From IMG/VR virus record IMGVR_UViG_3300036944_000909: DNA of 56,829 bases; one strand, 5' to 3'. Of this stretch, positions 8,592 through 16,189 are shown in pieces. The position numbers and the translations under genes were made by a program. The notes beneath the pieces were generated by a model, which was not told the DNA's origin, did not search any database, and saw only the letters and a program-made list of their open reading frames with translations. Position 1 is the first letter of the stretch, and every line of letters begins with the position of its first letter. This DNA is from a virus.

Positions 8592-8640
8592 GATCATCTG
8601 CTCCCAAAGCAGATGCGCTACCAGACTGCGCCACACTCCG
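8592..8640 (-). other. Partial tRNA-Pro(UGG): acceptor 5' arm, D arm, anticodon arm and variable loop only, with no T arm or 3' end. Candidate attP core.
   Basis: The reverse strand reads CGGAGTG TG GCGC AGTCTGGTA GCGC A TCTGC TTTGGGA GCAGA TGATC. This gives canonical tRNA positions 1-48 with anticodon TGG. The following sequence (ATCATACGCCACC...) cannot form a T arm. Starts 2 nt after the int stop codon. Confidence 0.7.
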
Positions 8641-8846
8641 TGGCGGTCTTTTGGGCGTTTTCGCAGGTTTCAGCAACTGCCCATCGTAGGGTTTCGTCGT
8701 GAATCTAACGGGAACAGCGGGGAAGTCTCGGGACAGTATTCGGAGAAAGCCCCGAGAAGCGTTCCAGTAATGTCCGGTTAACGCGTGCGTCATTCCCCTA
8801 CGTTAACCGATAGACGCACTTCACCCCCCTGCTGAGAGGACGAGAG

Positions 8847-9308
8847 ATGACGCGCTGGAAGCCGATGAAGCTGGCTCCGAAGAATGCCTACATCGACATC
8901 GTCGTGGGTGCTTACAGCTTCGATAGCCAGTCGGTTTCCACGGCGATTGAGCATGGCTGCTTCTGGGTGCGGGGGCCAATCCCGCTCCAGTACGGGCAGA
9001 TCGATGACAACGAGCACTTCCGGTCGGATGGAACGACTGAAGGCTATCTGTGGGATGTCTATGGCGGCTGGTATTCTAGAGACAGCCAGTCTCCCGTCGA
9101 GCGGATTCTCAATTATTCGGTTGAGCTGGCGCTTTACTGGAAGCCCAGCCTGGTAGCGCCTCGGGGCGCAACGGCGCTGATGAAGAAGCTTGCCGCTGCT
9201 TATAGTGCGCCAGAGGTTCGCGAGTTTCTGACCGCCGATGAAATGCGCGCTGCCGTGGAAAAGACCAATGCCCGACTGAAAGCTCGCTATGATCGAAGCA
9301 AGCGCTAA
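8847..9308 (+). CDS. Hypothetical protein (153 aa), accessory gene next to attP
   Basis: ATG after GAGAGGACGAGAG. Plausible composition. Confidence 0.6.
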   Translation: MTRWKPMKLAPKNAYIDIVVGAYSFDSQSVSTAIEHGCFWVRGPIPLQYGQIDDNEHFRSDGTTEGYLWDVYGGWYSRDSQSPVERILNYSVELALYWKPSLVAPRGATALMKKLAAAYSAPEVREFLTADEMRAAVEKTNARLKARYDRSKR

Positions 9309-9523
9309 CCCGGCTCCCTGACGTGGATCTTCACGGAGGTTTCAGGCAGCCACCTGCTACCGGCCAGAACCATGCACTGCCCGTTGCGGTAATCGTGCTG
9401 GAAGCCTGAGCCTTGCCACCTAGCGCGACAGTCGCTCTCCAGCCCTAGCAGCCACACACCAGACGCCACGAGCCCTGCCACGAACACGGATAGGACCGCG
9501 AGCGTGACAGGGCTGAGACGCAT
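9305..9523 (-). CDS. Small membrane-anchored protein (72 aa, N-terminal TM)
   Basis: MRLSPVTLAVLSVFVAGLVASGVWLLGL hydrophobic N-terminus. Lies 3 nt after the upstream gene. Confidence 0.55.
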   Translation of the reverse strand: MRLSPVTLAVLSVFVAGLVASGVWLLGLESDCRARWQGSGFQHDYRNGQCMVLAGSRWLPETSVKIHVREPG

Positions 9524-9526
9524 GGA

Positions 9527-9739
9527 CTAGGCCGTCTTGTTGTTCTTGCGGAAATAGCGCCAGCCGACGATGCCAGCCGCAGTCGCCGTGATGAACGGGA
9601 CGAGTTCAGCCAGGAACGGGATCGGCGGGCCACCGCCGAAGATCCAGCCGAGATAGACGACGACGATGACGCCGACGACATCCAGAAACGTATCGAAGTC
9701 AGGCACGGTCACTTGAGTAGCCACGGCTTTAGTCTCCAT
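9527..9739 (-). CDS. Small two-TM membrane protein (70 aa) with a basic C-terminus
   Basis: Two hydrophobic helices (VVGVIVVVYLGWIFGG and FITATAAGIVGW) followed by RYFRKNNK. No clear RBS. Confidence 0.55.
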   Translation of the reverse strand: METKAVATQVTVPDFDTFLDVVGVIVVVYLGWIFGGGPPIPFLAELVPFITATAAGIVGWRYFRKNNKTA

Positions 9740-9844
9740 TTCTAGGTTGATGTCCTCGTTCGGACGGCTAGAATCCGGAGAGCGGCGAAGGGAGCGTTGG
9801 AGCGCTCACCCTCGCCTGACCACAACGGCCTTTGGAGAGGCGTC

Positions 9845-10441
9845 ATGGATACTCAGCGGATATGTTCGGTTGATGGGTGTGACAAGCCAGCGTCCCACAA
9901 AGAATGGTGCAACGCTCACTACAAACGATGGAAGAGGAACGGCAATCCGCTAGGCCGAAACGCCTCGCCCGGAGAAGCATTGGAATTTCTCAGTGATGCA
10001 CTGGCAACCGCGAAGCCGGGCGATTGCATGATCTGGCCGTACTCCAAAAGCAACAAGGGACGGGGCAAGGTCTACATCAACGGCAAGACGATTGGCGCGC
10101 ACCGCGTCGCGTGTGAGCACATGCACGGCCCGCCACCCTCCCCAGAGCACGAGGCGGCGCACAACTGCGGCAAGGGCCATCTAGGCTGCTTCTCACCGTT
10201 TCATGTGCGCTGGGCCACTCCTGCCGAGAACCAGGCCGACAGGCTGATTCACGGCACAGCGTGTCAAGGCAACACCCACCCTAACTCCACGCTGACCGAG
10301 GATCAGGTTCGCGAAGTCCGCCGCCTGTATGCGACTGGCGAATACTCACAGCGCCGACTGGCTGAGATGTTCGGCGTTGCCCGCCGCACCATTGGAGCGA
10401 TGACAGACGGTCAGAACTGGAAGTGGCTGGACGTCGCCTAG
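9845..10441 (+). CDS. HNH endonuclease (HNH_3-type) with a C-terminal HTH
   Basis: CSVDGCDKPASHKEWCNAHYKRWKRNG, AHRVACEHMHGPPP..EAAHNCGKGHLGCFSPFHVRWATPAENQ and a C-terminal SQRRLAEMFGVARRTI. ATG at 9845 after GGAGAGG. Confidence 0.8.
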   Translation: MDTQRICSVDGCDKPASHKEWCNAHYKRWKRNGNPLGRNASPGEALEFLSDALATAKPGDCMIWPYSKSNKGRGKVYINGKTIGAHRVACEHMHGPPPSPEHEAAHNCGKGHLGCFSPFHVRWATPAENQADRLIHGTACQGNTHPNSTLTEDQVREVRRLYATGEYSQRRLAEMFGVARRTIGAMTDGQNWKWLDVA

Positions 10442-10713
10442 ACCTTGCAAATGGACGCGTCGAAGCTCGCCGGGCGCTTCTCAGGGCAGGCGCACCAGAG
10501 CGAATTATTGTGGTCGCCAACCTGCTCGGCTGTTTCGACGGTCAGGACATCGCCGCGCGAGATCAGGATTGCCTTGCCGGTTGAGCAAAGCGCCTCTTTC
10601 CAGATGGCCCCTTCAGTCGCGGTAATGATGCTTTTCGAGGGTCGAGCTTCCGTCTGGCAGGACGCCAGCAGCGGTATGGCTGCGCACAGCGTCAGCCTCA
10701 GCAATGACTGCAT
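10438..10713 (-). CDS. Outer-membrane lipoprotein, o-spanin candidate (Rz1-like position)
   Basis: MQSLLRLTLCAAIPLLASC contains a lipobox (LLASC). The gene overlaps the 3' part of the i-spanin candidate in another frame. The track starts at 10746. Confidence 0.6.
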   Translation of the reverse strand: MQSLLRLTLCAAIPLLASCQTEARPSKSIITATEGAIWKEALCSTGKAILISRGDVLTVETAEQVGDHNNSLWCACPEKRPASFDASICKV

Positions 10714-10921
10714 CGGTATTCTCCTGAATGTTGGTGACAACTTCACGCTCGACTTCGGCGGCTTCCTTGTCGCGCTTGGCGCCCTCTTCCTTGCGCCCGC
10801 GATGCTCTGCCCGCATGTCCACGAACTTCAGGAAGATGATGGCCGCGAGAGCCCAGAGCACCCAATCCGGGATGCGCTTGAGAAAGCCCCAGATGCCCGT
10901 CCCGATCGCTGCGATGTTCAT
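10613..10921 (-). CDS. i-spanin candidate (Rz-like): N-terminal TM plus a charged helical periplasmic domain
   Basis: MNIAAIGTGIWGFLKRIPDWVLWALAAIIFLKFV followed by RAEHRGRKEEGAKRDKEAAEVEREV. ATGA-type overlap with the lysozyme stop. Overlapped by the lipoprotein ORF. Confidence 0.6.
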   Translation of the reverse strand: MNIAAIGTGIWGFLKRIPDWVLWALAAIIFLKFVDMRAEHRGRKEEGAKRDKEAAEVEREVVTNIQENTDAVIAEADAVRSHTAAGVLPDGSSTLEKHHYRD

Positions 10922-12183
10922 TTCAGCGGCTTCTTCGCTTTGTGCTGCCCATACTTGTAGAGCGCGAACCCGATTGCCACGACGATCAGCCATGTGATCA
11001 GCTCGCGGTTGCCCTCGTTCGTGACCCACGTTTGCGCGGCTTGAGGGAGCAGGTTCGTTGTGCCAAGCGCCGTGACCGTCAGGCCCCAGAAGCGCTTGGA
11101 CATCACCATGTCTTTCGGCTCAATGCTCGCAGGCGCCGCATCCTTCGGGAGCGACGGCGCGGGAATTACCGCAGGCACAGAAGCAGGCGCCGGTCGAGCC
11201 GTAGGTACTGGCTGGGGAGCTGGGACCGTTGGCTTGACCGACACCGCTTCCGAGGAACCACTCGCGGAAGTCTTGATTGCAGGTCCAGCCTGTACTGGGC
11301 CGGGCAGCGGCACAGGCTGGCCCGCCGTTCCTGCCGCTGGCACAGCGACGGGATCAGCTTTGATGGGGGTGGTGAGGACAAGCTCTGCGGGCGGGAGAGG
11401 CTTGGCGCGCATCCGAACATGCGCCAGCGTCGTGAGCCCTTCCGTGCTGATGGAATCGCGCCAGACGCCCGTGGACAAAAGCTTGGCCTTGGTCGGCAAA
11501 GCAACGTCGTTGTCTTTCGTCACGTCGCGGGGGTCATAATCGAGGAAGACGAGCCCGCCCCAGAGACGGCGTCTCAGCAGGCCCCTGTGCGCGTCCTGGT
11601 AGGGATACCACTTCTCCTCTGAGCCAAGCTCAATGCGCTCAGCGCCAGTCAGGTGATCGGGCGGGATTGCCCACCATTGCCCGCCGCTCTTTTCCACGTC
11701 CCAGCCCTTCGGCGGAAGCTTGACCGGGCCGCGCTTTGAACCAGAGCCGTAGACGAACTCCGTCATTGCGACAGCGGCATCCTGCCACTTCTGCGCATTG
11801 ATCGCAGGCAACAGCCGCGAAGATCCGCTCAGCGTTGTCTCACGGGTGTTGAACCGGAAACTGCACAGCACATCGAACTGGTTCTGCGTCAGCGGGACCG
11901 TGACGTACCTGCGGACATACTCCTCGCAATACTTGGCGTTGAAGCCCAGCAGCTTTCGCCGGCGCTCAGGCAGGTGTTCGTCATCGGGCAGCGTGTCGCC
12001 TTGCTGGACCGGACGCCCATCCTCCCAGAAGCAGCAGCCATCACCGATGGTCCACTGATTGCTGGGGCAGAGATAGGCTTCCAGAGCGCAGCCGTCCGCT
12101 GTCTGGCGACAGTCCGCAGGCGCGTTCTCGAACTCGTCTATCTCGCGATAGAACCATTCGCCTACGGTCAGATGGTCGTTCAT
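10918..12183 (-). CDS. GH24-type phage lysozyme fused to a Pro/Ala-rich linker and a C-terminal two-TM, holin-like tail
   Basis: ALEAYLCPSNQWTIGDG, LTQNQFDVLCSFRFN and HRGLLRRRLWGGLVFL match lysozyme blocks. Residues 280-350 are P/A/V-rich. The last 63 aa (MVMSKRFWGLTVTALG...LITWLIVVAIGFALYKYGQHKAKKPLK) are hydrophobic with a basic end. Confidence 0.8.
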   Translation of the reverse strand: MNDHLTVGEWFYREIDEFENAPADCRQTADGCALEAYLCPSNQWTIGDGCCFWEDGRPVQQGDTLPDDEHLPERRRKLLGFNAKYCEEYVRRYVTVPLTQNQFDVLCSFRFNTRETTLSGSSRLLPAINAQKWQDAAVAMTEFVYGSGSKRGPVKLPPKGWDVEKSGGQWWAIPPDHLTGAERIELGSEEKWYPYQDAHRGLLRRRLWGGLVFLDYDPRDVTKDNDVALPTKAKLLSTGVWRDSISTEGLTTLAHVRMRAKPLPPAELVLTTPIKADPVAVPAAGTAGQPVPLPGPVQAGPAIKTSASGSSEAVSVKPTVPAPQPVPTARPAPASVPAVIPAPSLPKDAAPASIEPKDMVMSKRFWGLTVTALGTTNLLPQAAQTWVTNEGNRELITWLIVVAIGFALYKYGQHKAKKPLK

Positions 12184-13715
12184 GCCGCCCTGCCAAATGA
12201 TACACCAGCCACGTCAAGGATAGGCTCGCCTGACGGGCCGATTTCCACGTCAAGCTGCACGTCTTCCGGAGCCTCGGCATCGATCGCGATCTGATGCTCC
12301 CATACAAGGATGTTCTCGCCCGGCTCCTTGGAATCGCCCTGCAAGAGCTTCAGCGTCATCACGGCCTGGCCTGCATCGCCACGCGGCCTAAGCCACCACG
12401 TTGCCTTCGTGCCGTAGGCCGTCCCCTTGCGAACGATCTCGGTTGCCACGTCTTCCGGCTTGTCGTGCGTCTCGATTGAGAAGCCGTGCGATGTGATGTT
12501 CTCGATGGTGATGCTTGCCAGCCTGCCTTCGCGGATGCCTGCCTTCACGGCGGCCCCAAGCACGACGGCCAATTCGGGGTCAACGCCTGAGGCCGGCGCC
12601 TTCCCAAAGAAGTGCGCAACCTTCCTCTGGATCGATTTCACGCGCGTCTGCCCGCCCACCAGAATTACGCAGTCGATATCATGCACCGAAAAGCGGGGGT
12701 CTTTCTCCTTGGCTTCGGCCATTGTGCGCGTCATCGCGTCTTCAATGTCGCGCAGCAGTTCCTTGGTCGCCTCGTCCATGTGGTCGCGGCTGATGCGCTG
12801 GATGACGTGAACATCCTCGTTGGTCTTCTTGTCGATGTCGATGTCCTCGACGCGGAACTCGGTGAGGTCGTCTTCCGACAGTCGGCGCTTGGCCGCTTCG
12901 GCTTCGATCAACAACATGCGCTGCGCGTCAGGCTGCGTGGCAAGTGCGGAGTTCTCGTGCTCAAACTCATGCAGCGTCATGACCAGGCTGCGGAGACGCA
13001 GATCCCAATCGTCGCCGCCAACAAGCGCCGCACCGTTGGTCCCCAGCACGCGGAACAGACCGCCGCCGATCTCGAACGCTGCACAGTCAGTCGTACCAGC
13101 CCCAACGTCCACCACGAAGATGCGGCTGACCTTCTCGGCTTCTTCCTTAAAGCCATGCGCAATGGCCGCGGCAACCGGCTCGTGCAGCAATTCGACTTCT
13201 TCGAATCCCGCCATCTCTGCCGCTTTGCGCAGTGCGTTGCTCTGGGCGATATTGTAGGCGGAAGGTACGCAGATGATGGCGTTCTTGACCGACTTGCCCA
13301 GCTTTTCTTCAGCCGCTTCCCGAAGATGGATCAGCACATAACTGACCAGTTCCTCGGGCGGATAAGTGAACCCGTCATAGCCTTGGTAGGCGAGCATTCC
13401 GGTGCGCTTGCCTTCCGCATCGACGCCCTCGCACATCTGCTCCGGATAGGCTTCCTCCGGGTTGTAGACGGCCCCTAGCTGGCGCTTGAAGCTGGTGAAG
13501 CAGTAGGGCGAACGCGGCGAACGTTCACGCGCACGCAAGGCGCGCTGCCCCACAACCACTTCCCACGGATTTTCGGGGTTGTCGGTGTGAACCAGCATGA
13601 CGGCAGACGGAACCAGTTCCGATCCGTCGATCTTCAGGACTTCGGGGCCAAGAGGTCCATAGATGGCAACTGCTGAGTTGCATGTACCGAGGTCAATCGC
13701 GATCCAGTCAATCAT
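12180..13715 (-). CDS. Hsp70 (DnaK/HscC-like) family ATPase: intact nucleotide-binding domain plus a beta substrate-binding domain, no helical lid
   Basis: IAIDLGTCNSAVAI (phosphate-1), IFVVDVGAGTTDCAAFEI (phosphate-2) and VILVGGQTRVKSIQ (adenosine motif). The C-terminal ~110 aa are beta-rich. ATGA overlaps at both ends (13712-13715 and 12180-12183). Confidence 0.85.
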   Translation of the reverse strand: MIDWIAIDLGTCNSAVAIYGPLGPEVLKIDGSELVPSAVMLVHTDNPENPWEVVVGQRALRARERSPRSPYCFTSFKRQLGAVYNPEEAYPEQMCEGVDAEGKRTGMLAYQGYDGFTYPPEELVSYVLIHLREAAEEKLGKSVKNAIICVPSAYNIAQSNALRKAAEMAGFEEVELLHEPVAAAIAHGFKEEAEKVSRIFVVDVGAGTTDCAAFEIGGGLFRVLGTNGAALVGGDDWDLRLRSLVMTLHEFEHENSALATQPDAQRMLLIEAEAAKRRLSEDDLTEFRVEDIDIDKKTNEDVHVIQRISRDHMDEATKELLRDIEDAMTRTMAEAKEKDPRFSVHDIDCVILVGGQTRVKSIQRKVAHFFGKAPASGVDPELAVVLGAAVKAGIREGRLASITIENITSHGFSIETHDKPEDVATEIVRKGTAYGTKATWWLRPRGDAGQAVMTLKLLQGDSKEPGENILVWEHQIAIDAEAPEDVQLDVEIGPSGEPILDVAGVSFGRAA

Positions 13716-15097
13716 TGTGCGGCAACCTTCATGGCTTGGGCATTGCTGCGGTCAGCGAGGATAAGCACGCGGTTACGCGCCGCTTTGGTTGCGGCCTTCA
13801 TGAATGACGAGTTCTTGCCGCCCTTCCGTGGCCCTTGCTTGACGGGCGCGGGATCGACCAGAACGATCGGGTCAGGCGTCGGCTGGGGTATCTCGGATGG
13901 CGCGGTATCTTGCGCCGGGATGTCCGCTGTCTGAAGCAGGGTGACGGTCGGCGCATCCGTGACGGCGCGGTTCTGCGCATTCTCCGCTCTCTGGAGGATG
14001 CCAGAGATGATCGCGTTGGCTTCAGCGCGCTTGAGGTTGCGCTCTGCCGCGCGCATCGCGTCGTAGATGTCCGGATCATCGCCCGCCTTGATCGCCTCCA
14101 GGCGAACACGGGCCTCCTCTGCCCGCAGCCTGATCTCGGCTAGTTCCTGTTCTGCCATTGCCTGCTGTCGGGACAGCTCTGCCTCGACTTGCGCCTTGTG
14201 GACGATGGCTTCGATCTCGACACGCTTGATGGCTGCATCCAGACGGCCAACCAGCCCCTCGATCGCGCCAAGGCCAAAGAACGCCATAGCTTCGATCCAC
14301 AGCGCGAACAGGAACAGGATCGTCAGGCCCCAGATAAGGGCGTCACCCCAGATAGAGCCAAGCACCGAGAAGATGGCGTCGGCGGGCGAAACTTCGGTCT
14401 TGACCTCCGCTGTCTCCGTCTGGATCGTTTCCCGCTGCTGCTCGATCTCGGCAATCTGCGTTTCCAGCGAGTTGATTTCTCCGCTGGCGTCCGTGCGGTA
14501 CTTCTGGATCTCCTGACGCAGCAGGGCGATGTTCTGGTTGTCTGCGGGGCTGATTCCCGGAACGCCGTCCTGCGCGATGAGCTGGATCGACATATTCGCT
14601 TCAGAGATCGAGTCGTCGCGGTTCTTTTCGATGCGGGCAATCTGCGTTTGCAGCGTTTCGATGCGCGCGGCCTTGTTGGTGTCGGAGACTGCCGTTGTCG
14701 CTTCGGCAATGGTCGCGCCCTGCGTCTGGACCTTGTGACCGCCAGCAAAGAACGAAAGCGCCGGCACAAGGCAGAGAAGCCCCGCCACGACGGAAAGCGT
14801 GCGGATCGTGCGCGCCTCTTTCTTCAGGTCGGCCATGCCCCTGATGCGCTGCATGACCGGACCAGCGAACACGCCGCAGGAACGAATGGTCAGCGCGATC
14901 AGGAGGAAGACCGGCACGAGATACCAGGTCGGCGCCCACGCAATGAAGAAGATTGCGTCGAGAACATAGACGGCGATGATCGAGCCGACAGAGGCTCCGA
15001 TCAGGCCGCTCTTGGACCAGCGCAGGATACGCGTGGCGGCAAGCCGCTCCTTGTGGTCAGGGTGATTGCCCTGCCACTCCCATCCGAGGATTTTCAT
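13712..15097 (-). CDS. Polytopic membrane protein with two long coiled-coil segments (461 aa)
   Basis: ATG at 15097 after GAGAGGG (the track starts at 15184). Three N-terminal TM helices, a ~150-aa heptad-like segment (IETLQTQIARIEKN...LETQIAEIEQQRETIQTE), a TM hairpin (ALIWGLTILFLFALWIEAMAFFGLGAI), a second coiled coil, and a Pro-rich basic tail. Confidence 0.75.
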   Translation of the reverse strand: MKILGWEWQGNHPDHKERLAATRILRWSKSGLIGASVGSIIAVYVLDAIFFIAWAPTWYLVPVFLLIALTIRSCGVFAGPVMQRIRGMADLKKEARTIRTLSVVAGLLCLVPALSFFAGGHKVQTQGATIAEATTAVSDTNKAARIETLQTQIARIEKNRDDSISEANMSIQLIAQDGVPGISPADNQNIALLRQEIQKYRTDASGEINSLETQIAEIEQQRETIQTETAEVKTEVSPADAIFSVLGSIWGDALIWGLTILFLFALWIEAMAFFGLGAIEGLVGRLDAAIKRVEIEAIVHKAQVEAELSRQQAMAEQELAEIRLRAEEARVRLEAIKAGDDPDIYDAMRAAERNLKRAEANAIISGILQRAENAQNRAVTDAPTVTLLQTADIPAQDTAPSEIPQPTPDPIVLVDPAPVKQGPRKGGKNSSFMKAATKAARNRVLILADRSNAQAMKVAAQ

Positions 15098-15119
15098 ATG
15101 CCCAGCCCTCTCGTTCGCG

Positions 15120-15548
15120 CTACATGCGCGCGGTGGTTTCCCAGAAGACAAACAGCGCCCCGAAAATGGAAAGCACCGCTCCAAGGATCAGAAACAGCAC
15201 CTGTTGGCGCGTCTTCTTTGCTTCGTTCGCCGCCATCTCCCGATCGCGTGCGAGCATCAATTCCACTTGCGCCAGAAGCGCATTGGACTGGTTCTCATTG
15301 GCCGTGGCGAAGTGCTCACGAACACCTGATAGTGCATCACGCATAGCCGTCTCCCACTCGCGTCGAATCTCCTTGATGTCTTCATCACTCACAGCATCGC
15401 CAAGCTTTTCGCGAATGCTGTCCAGCGCGCCTTCAAAGCGTGACTTCAGGACTGAAACGGCCTCTTGCAACGCTGCGATTTTTTCCCAATCGGATCGCTC
15501 AGACGAGCGTTTTTGCAGCTCAAGCTGCTCCTTCAGCAGAAGTTCCAT
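15120..15548 (-). CDS. Tail-anchored coiled-coil protein (142 aa, single C-terminal TM)
   Basis: Charged helical sequence ending in VLFLILGAVLSIFGALFVFW. Confidence 0.7.
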   Translation of the reverse strand: MELLLKEQLELQKRSSERSDWEKIAALQEAVSVLKSRFEGALDSIREKLGDAVSDEDIKEIRREWETAMRDALSGVREHFATANENQSNALLAQVELMLARDREMAANEAKKTRQQVLFLILGAVLSIFGALFVFWETTARM

Positions 15549-15569
15549 TTTGCCCAGCCCCTTTCGAAA

Positions 15570-16172
15570 TCATCGCTTTGCTCCCACCTGCGCAAACATG
15601 CCCTGCACACGGCTGACGAGGTTCTCGCGCCCGAAGTTCTCATCGACCGTGCCGCGCAGCCTCCGCAGACGCGCCTTCTCGGTGATGAGCTTCTCGGTCC
15701 ATTCGTTCACCCGCTCAGGCGGGACTGTGCAGAGCGCCAGTTCAAGCGACTGATCGGAAAGCACGGTTGCCATGTCCAGAAGCTCATCGACGCCCAGCGT
15801 CATGCGCTCGACGGCCTGCTCCAGCGTTTCATCGCCCGTCATGAGCTGGCCGAAGTCGTCAGGGATACCAGGATACGGCCCCACCTCTCCCCAATCCGAC
15901 ATGAGCGCATCAGGGGCGGGAAGAAGCGGGGCTTCGGCTGCGGCGCGAAGCTGTTCGTTCTCTCTGCTGAGTTCGGCAATGCGCGACAGCAGCGCGTCTG
16001 CGTCCGCATTGGTGACGCCGCTACCGTGCATGACAGGCGTAAGCGATGGTTTGCGCCGCGAATGCTCCAGAACTTCAGCGGAGTTTTCTGTCGTTCGGCG
16101 GATATCGACCCGCACTCCCATTTCAGTAAACGCAACGAACAGCGCCCTGTGATGGGCGGCGGCTTCCGACAT
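15570..16172 (-). CDS. Hypothetical soluble coiled-coil protein (200 aa)
   Basis: ATG at 16172 after GGAGA (the track starts at 16238 and would overlap the upstream gene). Confidence 0.65.
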   Translation of the reverse strand: MSEAAAHHRALFVAFTEMGVRVDIRRTTENSAEVLEHSRRKPSLTPVMHGSGVTNADADALLSRIAELSRENEQLRAAAEAPLLPAPDALMSDWGEVGPYPGIPDDFGQLMTGDETLEQAVERMTLGVDELLDMATVLSDQSLELALCTVPPERVNEWTEKLITEKARLRRLRGTVDENFGRENLVSRVQGMFAQVGAKR

Positions 16173-16189
16173 GACAATGTCTCCGGGTA

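Noticed and set aside
8560-8700. A complete tRNA gene next to the integrase.
   Set aside because: Only positions 1-48 of a tRNA-Pro can be folded. The following bases cannot form a T arm or an acceptor 3' strand, so it is annotated as a fragment (attP core candidate).
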